From assembly GCF_018977255.1 (NCBI RefSeq), contig NW_024705267.1, positions 1 to 57,712 on the forward strand: 57,712 bases of DNA, given 5' to 3'. This stretch comes from Callorhinchus milii. Its lineage: Eukaryota. Each line of letters starts with the position of its first letter. The first letter of the stretch is position 1. This document shows positions 23,779-35,800 of the stretch, piece after piece. The position numbers were made by a program, and so were the translations under genes. The notes under the pieces were generated by a model that saw only the letters and a list, made by a program, of their open reading frames with translations, ran no database searches and had not been told where the DNA came from.

Positions 23779-25794
23779 GGACCGTCACAGCCAGATTTGC
23801 TGCATCAAGTGAGGCAATGATTCAAGATGTAATCCCTTAAAAGCAAGTTGAGGGGGGAGGAGAGGGGGGAGCTCATCAGAATGTGGTAGCCAATGAATGG
23901 AACGTATCGGGAGGGAGGGGGGCGGGCTCAAAGACGGCACGAAGTGCCACGTAGAACACATCGGGAGGGGGAGGGGGCGGGGCCAAAAGAATGGACGACG
24001 TGGTACACGAGAGTCGGCGGCGTGGACGTGGTTGTGCGCAAGCAACTACTGCTGCACACGCCAACGCATTGGACAGAGAGGGGAGGGGAGGCCAAAAGAG
24101 AGTGTGGGGTGCAAGTGTACGTGGACATGTGTGTGTACAAGCACCTGTTGATACACATGATAGAAAAGAACGAAAATGCCCATGTTTATACCAGTGCTGG
24201 CTGAACAATGAAGAGAGTACTGTTAAACACTGGGGATGTTAACACTCGGTAAAGTAAAGTAAAATAGTGCCTGTCAGATAAGATGGTCCAAAAATGTGTA
24301 ATTAAGTCTTTTTTGCGTGGTTGATAACATCTTTCCAATGATTACTAAGTTTGTACCCATCATCACGGTTGAAATTATGTCTGTGTTTGTATATTTGTAT
24401 GGCTTCGTGTACAAACCTTTGATGGTAGCCAGGAGGTTTGCAGAGAACCTTGGTCTCGGAAAAGACAATTTCATGAGAGCCCACCGAGTTGTAGCAATGA
24501 TCGGCAACGGCCGAAGAATCAGTTCTGCCGTGTTTCAGATCTGACTTGTGCTCGCGGACACGATCAGAAACATGACGTTTCGTTTCTCCAATGTAGCAAT
24601 CACCACAAATGCAACTCAATTTGTAGACTCCAGGATACTGTAAGTCAGGAACGACATCCTTCACAGATGGAATCAGATCACGGATTTTATGCACTGTACT
24701 GAATCGGACTTGGATCTTATGTTTGTTTAGAATTTTGGAGATCTTTTTGGTCACGCCTGCTATGTATGGTAACGTGATAGTTTTGGTCAGAGTTATCACG
24801 TTACCATACATAGCAGGCGTGACCAAAAAGATCTCCAAAATTCTAAACAAACATAAGATCCAAGTCCGATTCAGTACAGTGCATAAAATCCGTGATCTGA
24901 TTCCATCTGTGAAGGATGTCGTTCCTGACTTACAGTATCCTGGAGTCTACAAATTGAGTTGCATTTGTGGTGATTGCTACATTGGAGAAACGAAACGTCA
25001 TGTTTCTGATCGTGTCCGCGAGCACAAGTCAGATCTGAAACACGGCAGAACTGATTCTTCGGCCGTTGCCGATCATTGCTACAACTCGGTGGGCTCTCAT
25101 GAAATTGTCTTTTCCGAGACCAAGGTTCTCTGCAAACCTCCTGGCTACCATCAAAGGTTTGTACACGAAGCCATACAAATATACAAACACAGACATAATT
25201 TCAACCGTGATGATGGGTACAAACTTAGTAATCATTGGAAAGATGTTATCAACCACGCAAAAAAGACTTAATTACACATTTTTGGACCATCTTATCTGAC
25301 AGGCACTATTTTACTTTACTTTACCGAGTGTTAACATCCCCAGTGTTTAACAGTACTCTCTTCATTGTTCAGCCAGCACTGGTATAAACATGGGCATTTT
25401 CGTTCTTTTCTATCATGTGTATCAACAGGTGCTTGTACACACACATGTCCACGTACACTTGCACCCCACACTCTCTTTTGGCCTCCCCTCCCCCTCTCTG
25501 TCCAATGCGTTGGCGTGTGCAGCAGTAGTTGCTTGCGCACAACCACGTCCACGCCGCCGACTCTCGTGTACCACGTCGTGCATTCTTTTGGCCCCGCCCC
25601 CTCCCCCTCCCGATGCGTTCTACGTGGCACTTCGTGCCGTCTTTGAGCCCCGCCCCCTCCCTCCCGATACGTTCCATTCATTGGCTACCACATTCTGATG
25701 AGCCCCCCCCCTCCTCCCCCCTCAACTTGCTTTTAAGGGATTACATCTTGAATCATTGCCTCACTTGATGCAGCAAATCTGGCTGTGACGGTCC

Positions 25795-25835
25795 CACCTG
25801 ATGACGGAGACTTGTGTTGCCTCCGAAACGTCGTG
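25795..25835 (+). ncRNA. Minimal type I hammerhead ribozyme (Penelope pLTR)
   Basis: CAC-CUGAUGA-C-GGAG..CUCC-GAAA-C-GUC-GUG. Confidence 0.75.
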
Positions 25836-26125
25836 ATTTTTATTTTATTTTACTTTATTAATTTTAATGTTTTACCTACGTGACTTTACCGAAAAAACCT
25901 AAGAATATGAATCCTTGCAGTCACGAAAGCTTCAAATCTAGATGTTAACTACCTAGCCCGGTATACAGGAGGTCGGGAGTTCGATCCCGACCCTGACGCC
26001 TGTCGCATATTTGGAGTTTGTGAGTTGGCTTGTTCTCCCCGTGGTTGCGTGGATTTTTTTTCCCTCCAGGTTCCACCAGGTTGTTCCTGCCACATTTTTT
26101 TATCGACATCCTGCGTTCATAGTTG

Positions 26126-26602
26126 TGTAATGTGAGGTTATATCCGGGCGTTGACGGATTACAACTCGTTACGACGATTGGCTCTGCCGGTCCTGGTTCA
26201 TAGCCAATGGGGGGAAGCCTAAGGGCGTGGCCCTGACGTAATGGAAAGGTGACAGTTGGTTGTAGAAGATTGGTTCTGCTGGCTTTAGCCACAGCCAATG
26301 GGGAAACGAGTCAGGGGCGTGGTCCCGGGAGCCTGTGGAATATTCCATAGAGGCTAACCAGGATTGGTGGAAACGTACCACGTGACCCAGGTATTAAATA
26401 GGGTGGAGACGAACGACAAGGGGTCAGAACGGGAACAAACAGAGGAAGGGGGCCACGCGGGAGCGGGGCTCCGGGTTGCCACGTGGCAGTGGGTCTCTAT
26501 CTATCCCTCTCACGCTGCCTGTCAGCAGCGTGAAGGAAAGCGGTAATGCAAAGTTGAATAAAAGACCGGATTCCAGAAGTCGCCTCAACGACCTTTATTA
26601 CA
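26126..26602 (+). mobile_element. Solo LTR (Gypsy-type, 4-bp TSD)
   Basis: TGTAAT...ATTACA termini, GTTG TSD at 26122-26125 and 26603-26606, CCAAT boxes, TATA-like TATTAAATA, AATAAA. Confidence 0.85.
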
Positions 26603-26814
26603 GTTGTATGGCTGCGGTACATTTCCACACGACGACGACGATGACGACGAGCTACTTCGTTGAGCTGTCATTTGTGGCCAGGTCGCTTCTGAAAAAGAGC
26701 TCCACGTTATGGCTCAGTGGGGCCTTACCTGGTAAAATAAATACAAATAGCTTGGTTTAGTTGACGTGCGGGTGTGTTGGGTGCGTAGCGGTTGGGGTTC
26801 AGGGGAGTCACCAC

Positions 26815-26960
26815 CGTGTTTGCGCGCCAGACTGGGTTCAGCCGCGTCTCGTTGGGATTCGTCCCCAGCGCAGAGAGCCGGGCGAGGAGGGAGTTGTCGT
26901 GAGCTCGGCTCGCCGCGCAGAATCGCTCGGATCCGAGGATGTGGGCCACGACGTGCACCG
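26815..26960 (-). CDS. NOX exon 5
   Basis: AVHVVAHILGSERFCAASRAHDNSLLARLSALGTNPNETRLNPVWRANT; exon ends at 26815 or 26812. Confidence 0.85.
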
Positions 26961-26963
26961 CTA

Positions 26964-27263
26964 CAAAGACAAAGACCCCCGTGTAGCCTAAACAGACTGT
27001 TGGGGCAAGTGGTGTCAGCGAGCTACCTATGAAGGCCAGCACGGCACACGAGGGGGTGGGGGCCAGCACCACGCCCGGCCGCCTTTGTCTCCCCCGGTAG
27101 CGATGTTTACACACCACACCAGGTACTCATTTGAGGCTGAGTCGACCTAGGGGAGGCCCAGGACCGGTTCAAATGATCGTCACTGGTGTTGCCCGTGAGC
27201 GGGAATCGAACTTGGTCGCCGGGTTCGTAGCGCAGCGCGCTAACCACTACACCACCGCTCCCC
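26964..27263 (-). mobile_element. SINE family A copy abutting the NOX exon 5 acceptor
   Basis: Tail TCTTTGTCTTTG is directly followed by the TAG acceptor. Confidence 0.88.
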
Positions 27264-27554
27264 CCACACACACACACAGACACACAGACAGCGCGATAAC
27301 CACTACACCACCGCTCCCCCCACACAGACACACAGCGCGTTCACCGCTACACTACCGCTCCCCCCCACACACACACACAGACAGCGCGCTAACCACTACA
27401 CCACCGCTCCCCCCACACAGACACACAGACAGCGCGCGAGACGTTACGCTACCACACAGACACACAAACACAAACCGATTCCCCCATTTAGCCTTTTGTT
27501 TTCAAATCACTGTGGCGTTCTATGCCATACCGTGATGTTTTGCTGAGTAAAAGG

Positions 27555-27891
27555 CAGGGGTGGGGAACGTCCGGCCCGCGGGCCGTGTAAGGCCCGCGAA
27601 CTCATTTGGTGTGGCCCTGCCAAGGCAACCGCAGGCGGGACTCGAAATTCAATAAATCTAGGAGCAAACCTGGAAAAGCAGTTGCGAGTAGCAGCAACAT
27701 CATCAATACCAACTCACATCACATGCCTCGCCAAAGAGAAGCAGTTCCAGCCATCGCATTAGGGGTGAGTTAATGAAATGTTTGACCAAATATAACAGGC
27801 TAATTTTTAAGTTGATAATTTTGTATGGCCCGCGAATGATATTATAAATATCAAAATGGCCCTTGGCGGAAAAAAAGGTTCCCCACCCCTG
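27555..27891. mobile_element. hAT (Charlie-like) MITE
   Basis: TIR CAGGGGTGGGGAAC / GTTCCCCACCCCTG with subterminal GGCCCG motifs. Confidence 0.8.
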
Positions 27892-27957
27892 CTTTAAGGC
27901 TACACCGGCATTTTACCGCGGCTTCTGAAGGCTATACTGGGTTGTAGATTTACCTAC

Positions 27958-28042
27958 CTGTGAGTAGTACTATGGTATAGGCGATAGTCCGATGAAAATA
28001 ACCACAGTGATCCATCTGCCTGCGAATTGCGGGTCTGCAGTG
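27958..28042 (-). CDS. NOX exon 4
   Basis: HCRPAIRRQMDHCGYFHRTIAYTIVLLT (cf. RRQLDRNLTFHKMVA); 85 bp, AG/GT; not in the ORF track. Confidence 0.88.
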
Positions 28043-28663
28043 CTGAAACACACACGCACACGGCAGTCCATTTATTATAGGTTATCATCAGCCATGGTCG
28101 ATCTCCTGCTGAATGAACCGAACGAAAGCTTCCCCAAGCCGTCACCACATATCTCCCGATCTTGCAATGTAATAAGCGGCATAGCACGTGAACTGATTTC
28201 ATCGCTCCATCGGCCCGGTGAATGTGCTCTCGTTGCTTCGGTCTAATACACACACACACATGCACCCAATTAATACACGTAAGACAACAAAGACAATGAT
28301 CCCCCGTATAGCCTGAACAGGCTGTTGGGGCAAGTCAGCACCTATGAAGGCCGAAACCGCACACGAGGGGTGGGTGGCCAACACTACGCCGGCCGCCTTT
28401 GTCTCCCGAGTGGTGATGTTTATACATCGCACCAGGTACTCATTTGCGGCTGAGTCGACCTAGGGGATGCCCAGGACTGGTTCAGATCATCGTCACCGGT
28501 TTTGGCCATGAGCGGGAATCGAACCCAGGTCGTTAGGTTCGTAGCACAGCGTAGCGCTAACCGCAACACCACCGCTCCCCACTTGTATATGTTTTATTTT
28601 ATTATTTTAACCCTCGCACACGTACGCCGAAAGAACCACGTGCGAGAGTCACGTGACAGTTAC

Positions 28664-28774
28664 CCAGCATGCAGCGCGGACACGTGACATGAGGTGACGG
28701 CACGTGGGCAGCAGGACCATGGTGCAGTTGAGGTTGAGGCACGCGGCTGAGGCGCGGGCCCACGACAGGGCGTC
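28664..28774 (-). CDS. NADPH oxidase (NOX1/NOX2(CYBB)/NOX3-like), exon equivalent to CYBB exon 3
   Basis: DALSWARASAACLNLNCTMVLLPTCRHLMSRVRAACW, 111 bp, AG/GT. Confidence 0.92.
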
Positions 28775-28854
28775 CTGCATTGCGCACAGAGTGGCGGCAG
28801 TGCGAAGGCAGAGGGGGGAGGGACACTTTAGCCCCCCCCCAAGGTAGCTCAAAT

Positions 28855-29425
28855 GGATGAAAAATAAGAATCGCTTTTTACCCTTTCTGGCGATAAAACA
28901 GGAGGTGTGTTAAGATGTTCGTTCAAACGCCAAATAGATGATACATTGTTCAGGTCTGCATTAACCACACACGTTACTTGTGGCAAAACATGCAAACGAA
29001 CATGCTCTGACGATAATAATGTCATGCATTGTCTGTCAAACTGATTGGCCTACACCAGGGACAGCTTTCTTTATGGCCTTGTCTCACCACCAGTGTCAGA
29101 CCAGAGAACAGCGATAGGCGAACAGCACAAAGACACTGCAAGCCTCAGAGTATTATTATCTCAGGTTGAGCAGTTGTATCTATGGGATGTTTTTGCCAGT
29201 ATCGCAAATGATGAATCAATAAGAATACGTTTTTTTCCCGTTCTGAAAATATGCAAACAAACAGAACATATTTGTTGACATGTTTTGCCACAAGTGCCGT
29301 GTGGCTAATGCAGACTTGATGCTTTGCAAAATGTAAAATCTATTTGGTGTTTGAACATCTTAAGCACCTCCTGTTACATTGCCAGAAAGGATAAACGCCC
29401 ATTCTTCATTCTCATCATTTTGAAT
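28855..29425. mobile_element. Second copy of the long-inverted-repeat element
   Basis: TTTTACCCTTTCTGGC..CAGGAGGTGTG start and its inverted counterpart at the other end. Confidence 0.6.
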
Positions 29426-29790
29426 ACCGGCAGGCAAAAAGGTCACGTGGATAAAAGCTCAAGGGTAGTGCATCCTCCTCGTCCACACCTCGTAGCTGGA
29501 AATCACGGAGGACGTTTATCTACCCAGCAAATGGACACTTCAGGGCCAGTCGCCACCGGACTGGAGGACAATTCTTGAATTGGGTGACGAAAAAAAAACG
29601 AAACAAAAATCTGAGCCGGTGGTGATATCACGCAAGGCCGGCAACGCCACAGTTCCCCGCGGTATATTCCATTCCGGTCCTTCCTAAAAAAACCATCTCG
29701 TCTTGCCGAGACCAAGCCTGCTACTCCACGCCCCAAGCTACGACCTGGCCTACCCCTATCACTACCCAACCTCAATCACTACCCCTATCA

Positions 29791-29820
29791 NNNNNNNNNN
29801 NNNNNNNNNNNNNNNNNNNN
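29791..29820. other. Assembly gap (30 N)
   Basis: Run of N. Confidence 1.
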
Positions 29821-32800
29821 CTCCCCAGCTCTCGTTGGAGACAAGATTATGTAGCAAACAAACGTCCGAGTTGGTGGAAATGCGCCACGCGCGCAGCGTA
29901 TCCGCTCCCTAACCAGCGGTGAGGACTTTGCGTCTGCAGTTAGGATACGGCGCCCATACCTAAGGAACCGAGAACGATTCAAATCACAAGGGTGTTTCTC
30001 GTACCATAACACGCGCTTCGTCTATTGTTATGGCAATGTCGTGCGGATGGTGTGACGATAACATGTCCCTCGACGCCGACTATATATCATTTATGATATC
30101 GCTAGGATTATTATGAAAGAATGCGAATGTGGTTAGAGCTACGACACGGTCCGAAAATAGAAGCGTAAACGGCAATGGTACAAAGAAGCCAATTCGCACA
30201 GTGGCTAGCCAAAACCCTTAAACGAATTCGCCGTATCGAGGCTGCACTCGGGAACCTCGCCACGCGTTGCGTGTATTCCGCCCTACGCCTAAACTAACTC
30301 TATGGGGTACCTGGGTAGTACGGAATTGCTCTTACATTAAGCATTTGTGTCCCAGAAACGCCGGGATGACGATCCTTGGGACGCCATAGGTCCGCTAGCG
30401 CCCCTTTCGACATCTGCTAAGTGAACAGCCGCGTTAACTGACGGGCAGGGACAGGAGTTTTTTATGCAGTAACGAAGTTCGGTACTCTTGTGATTCACGG
30501 TTCTCCTGTATGACGAAGGCTTACAAGTGGGAAGGCTCTAGACTATCTCACCGCCGGCATGCAGTTATCATCGATTAGCACTTATCTGTTCTTACCGTAG
30601 GTTTGCTGGATTCCTAGCATTTTCAGAACTCCATTTCTAAGAAGCGTATCGGATCTGGCTGCCTTTGGGTGCCGACATAGCCGTCTAAGGTTCTAACTTG
30701 GCTGGAGCACACTGAATAGTCCAACGACAGAATCTCATCGTGGCATACATAACCTATGGTTAAAGGTAGCGTCCGTTGGCAACCATTCTGGCTCGTGGTG
30801 AGACCGGCAGTTTCCACTAATATAACGGTGCCTAGTCCACTGGCATAACTGGGATAGGTCATCACTAAAGGTCTCTGCGTCGGCATAGAGGACCCTTGTG
30901 TCCCCAGCTTCAAGGCCAAGAACAGTGAAAGGATCTGGAATTTCAGGTCGACGGATCAAGTGACACCAGGGGGCAGGGCTTTATGCGAAGCCATGGAGAG
31001 TACTCAATATGTTCCGTAGCTCACCTCTTAAGCCGAGGTAGCCGGCTGTAGTAGACGAGACCAGCCGTCTGTGATCTACTTCAGGGTCATAGCACTATAC
31101 CCTCTCGCGGTACCGTTGCGGGCCTGGGAAGACGTACACCTGTTGCTGTTCGATTCTCATTGATAGCTTTCCGAAATTAGGCCATCTCTTCCACATAGGA
31201 GAGAATTCCTTGTAGTCGTGATACCAGTGCAGCCGCACGTGATTGCTTGACATGCCTAGTTCGGCCAGACTGGGGAGGTATTAGTGCAGCACCCGCGTGT
31301 GAATCCGTGATATTCTAGGGACCTGTTGCCAACGGATTTCGGTAGCTTTTGTTATCCTTACCGCGGTATTACACCGGATCTTAGGGGAACACCACTAGGT
31401 AACCAGTACTGCCATCTGCGACTTCGTAATGGATGCGATTTACATCGTGGGGGCATACACGCCGTTGAGAACCTCTTAAAGAAGTTGATACTGGCTCACT
31501 TGGCTTAAGGGACCGTATGGGGGGGAGACTGACCCTACCTCTCAGTTTTTGGCAACTTGACCACATAAATTTCAGTTTTAGGGATGTCTTCACGTATGTG
31601 GCATGTAGAATAGTAAGACAAACAGATCACCTTCCCCTTGCTCGAAACCGTAATGAGGAAACTGACCAGGGAGACTCCTGTATCGGAGAGGGGTACCAGC
31701 GAGGCGAATGAGCGTCTGGGCGGTTCTAAATTGGGTCGGGTTCTAGTCACACTTACCATGCCTCTAGACCTCCACGAAGTGGTGAGTCAATCACCGACTA
31801 ATCTTCAGGTGAGACAACGGAATACTATGCGTGGCTGTTTACGTTCGGCCGTTCATTTCTGCACCCTGTGGGTCGAGCATTTAAATCACCATACTGGGAA
31901 CTTGGCAGCACCCGAGCATCCTGTTTACGCTGTTGAGCGCTACATGAGACACATCGTGCCTACGGTCCCTTACGGACAGAGAGATCGAGGGTTTTTGCCT
32001 GGTAGTATCCGCCCTCGCTAGTCCGTCAGTTGTCTGGAAGGTAAGCTCTACTTCGTTCTCATGCAAGTGAGTCCGGCGCCAGGCGTCCACATTGCGTCTA
32101 GTTTCCTCAGAGCGTTTATATGAAGGTCGCCGAGACCATCTGAATGCACGGTAAGCACTATGTATCGAGTTTCCGACCAAGTGCCGAGATTCGCCGCGAA
32201 TGATCAGTAGCCGTAATTAGAGAGCAACCTTATGACCTGCAATATTACGGATAAAGTCATTTAATACTGCAAGAGTCGCTAATCTGTAATCTATCCACAA
32301 ATATCGAGACGTCGAGCGGACAATTTGTCGAAGGAGCCTTTTAACCTATCATACCTGATTCGATTTTCCGGCATAGAGCGTGTGAGGACGCTCTACAGCG
32401 TAACTGAAAAACCCTATATTCTTGTAACAAAGTTGAAAAGATGCATTGTTACGTGCGCCTGAGAAGCATCTAATTCAAGACAGACAATCCCTTCTGAAGA
32501 ATTTCTCGGTTTCACAAACGTTATGACTTTCAAGTTCAGATACTCCTTGGCTGCGGGAACCAGCTAAGCCATCTTCAGGGACTAAGAGCTTTAACACTGC
32601 CTGATTGAGCGCAGTCCGTGACAGCTGGGTGAAGGTCAGCCCATGGACGGGGAATCATTAGATGCAACGCGCGGCGTTCTTCACATCGCCTCCTCTATTC
32701 TATAATTGCACGCGACTAGGTAGTAGCCCGCCTCTAATAGCAATCGCGATGGCACCGCGCGTTTGAATCGCGGGTTCATAAGCATCCTACGGCTATTAGC

Positions 32801-35800
32801 AGGAGTAGGGCCTCACATAGCACGCTTGAGGTAAGTTGACCACGACTTCTTTATAATACCGGAGGCCTAAGTATAATCCTTCCTCACCCAGGCCAGTTGT
32901 GTGCGATGTGAAACGGAGTTCATGAGAGCCCAAGCTTGTGGGAACAACATCCTTGGGCCATGCCGCTAATTTTATACTCAGATTCGTAGAGAACAAGCCT
33001 ATTTGTTAGGTCCAAGATACGGCTGTGAGAGCAAAGGCGAAGACATTCGCCCGTGTTTTGTCGGTAAATCAGCAGTCGTCGGGTTATTCGCTTATCCACT
33101 GGTTTTCTGGCCTAGTCTTCCCGGTGGAGTGGTCTGGCTTCGGATTGCCAAGTCTAGGCAACGTCATCAGTGGCCAACAAGATGGCCCAAACTCTCAGAC
33201 GCTAAAGTTCGGGCCCATCCCGGGGCGTTTACATTAACTGAAACCTCACGTCATCGAATGTGCCCTTGCTCGATTGCGGGTAATAGAGCGTGTCACATCA
33301 GGCTAATAAGGGGCCAGCGGATACCGAGATCAGTGACAATAGCGGGCTCGCTTGTTAAGTACTTTATGCAACACCCATATTGTTCACAACTAACAAAAGT
33401 GAACTGCCGGGAACTGATGTCACTACTGTGTGTTTATATTGCGCAATTGTCGTAGTCCCCTACCCGCCAAGAATTCGGCCAAGGGGACCAGCCTGCTTGT
33501 CACTGACTAGGGTCGACGCCCGATGCAAATCTATAGGATGCCTAGTGGGTTTAGCTTGAGCCTTAGCGGCTGTGTGTGTTTCGAATTCATTGACCTCAAG
33601 TGCGTTTAGCTTAGCATGCGTTTGTAAAAATAAGGAGATACTACACGACGGCGCCCTGATGTTTATGCTTCTACTGGGCGACGGATTGCATATAAGGCAA
33701 TGTGAGGCACTACGAATTTTTATTATTAATAGGCGATGGGTAGATCACGTCTCTACAAACAGATAGCTCTAATCACCAACTGACGAATACAACCGTGAAA
33801 ATCCGGGCGCGTATCCGGTATTTATCACTCTCTTTTCACGGGGTTATGAATCCTAGCGCGTTGGTTCGTGCTGTCTGCATCGCGCATAGCCGGCTGAAAC
33901 AAAAATTAAGATGTGAAAAGAAAATCAAAGAATGTCCATGGATGCTTCCTGGGCACGCGACCGATAAAACAAAAACTAGCACCAAATGCGCTGAAAGTGG
34001 GGAGTCGTTGGGTAATCGCGATAACAGTTCGTCGTATATGACGAGCTGACGCTTACCGGGGACACGCAGTAAATCTCCGTAGGGTAGGCAAGCCTGTTGG
34101 ACTCCTCTCACTGACCCAGCATTTACGAGTAGCATGGTGTCTTGTCCCGATTTGAATGAACGGTATAACTTCAGAACATAGGCAAAGCCCCGCTGGTGAA
34201 CGTCTTTTGAAGCCGGCAGCATTCTATGAGCAAATTAGACTATCAGAACACATATCGCGCCAACTTAACTCAAATGGAGCCGACGATTTCAAAAGGGGAG
34301 CACTCTGCAGGTTCGAGACGAGGTGCTTGTGGACCGAGAGATATTTTGGCTAGCAACCCATTAATAAGAATGCGTGACGTCCCATTATTGGACAACGGTG
34401 GAGCCCTGTCTATCCGTGTCACTATCAAGATCGGCAATGGTCCTCTCGGGAGTCAATAACGCGCGAGTAGCCCTCCTCCAGCTTACCGGGTCTCAAGCTA
34501 GTGAGACATGAGTACCGACTCACCGGGGTGTGGGGCTGTTTGTCAGCAAGTCTTAGAGTAGTGAAGAGAGAGCCTCATCGCTGTCTGTTTGATCCCGGGA
34601 CGTTCGCAGGGGTTGTATAAACCGACTTAAAAAAACGCACAGCCACAGGAATAAGTAAGGTATCGTCTCTAGATTGACACCGTACATGACTTTGGGCCGG
34701 CCGTCGGAGTGTTGCTAGGATTCCCGCAAGCCATGTATCAGATTGTTGCTATTAAGTCATTTGCCGAACTGGCCTGAGTCGAGGTGCCCCTTAACCGACA
34801 CGTTACTTCTTTTGGATTTAATGTTTGAATGATGGTCTGAGAGTCGATGGCTAAGATATCAGCAGGTAATTCACGGTATGCGTCACAGCACCTTGACGCC
34901 TTCTGGGATGACCGGCATTGCTAGATCTGAGCGAATTGACCCACTAGATGAGAACTCGTGCCTCAAAACCGTTATACGGATTAAGCAACCATAGCTCCTG
35001 TACTTATTCCACAGCTACCCCAATAAGTTTCCAGCATGTTACTCTAAATGGCCGTACAGTGGAGAAGGCCAAGCGGGTTAGCTACGGTGCTATAAATGGG
35101 TTTCCGGGCTCCGGAATACGGGTTCTGAGTGGACGTTTAAGAGCGGCCCTGCTGCTCGTACCTTTTGCGGGAGGGAGTTGTGAAATTCTTGTAATGTGGT
35201 ACCACGTGTGCGCGGTGCGCGACGGCGGAATACATAAGACCACACGTTTCGCTATGCATGGTTTTAACTGACCTCGACGAATTGGTCAGGTGTAAGAGAG
35301 ATTGCATGTAAACGTGGAGGCATGGCTACTAGAACTAGATCCTAGCAATCGGGCAATCGAAGAGACTTCTTATGTCATTCATTCGATCTAGCCCCTACCC
35401 AATATTTGGCTGAGCCCCTGACAAGGGGACATTTTGGAACGAACGGTATGGACTAGTCTTCCAATATGTGTCTCACCACATCGCATTTACTATCACACTT
35501 TAAGCAGAATTTAATGGGAAACATGATTGTCTGATTTAGAAACCGGCTTTAACGTATACACGTGAAGTGCCAGACTTCTTCCTCAAACTTTGTACAGTGG
35601 CCGGTACCTTGACTTTTTCGGCAGTTTTTTTAAAACCTCTATAACATCCTAGAGGCTTAATGCTATGTGCAACGCGCGAGCAGGCTGCACTCTGGGCGCT
35701 AATTGCCTCTTTGCGATTTCGAATATAACTTAGATGCACCAGCGAGGCAGCAGCGGCCAGAGCCTGTACAACGATAAAAATGCACTCATACGGGGCTTTG

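Larger units (their letters stand above)
23665..25939. mobile_element. Palindromic Penelope-like retroelement insertion (GIY-YIG endonuclease C-terminus plus pLTR in inverted duplicate)
   Basis: Mirror ORFs 24302-24850(-) and 24723-25271(+) with LPYI..GVYKLSCICGDCYIGETKR..HKSD..SAVADH; arms about 23664-24779 and 24794-25908; TSD AGATGTTAACTA at 23653-23664 and 25940-25951. Confidence 0.92.

Noticed and set aside
29440-29790. Possible degraded NOX exon 2 near the contig end
   Set aside because: No frame gives convincing similarity with valid splice sites.
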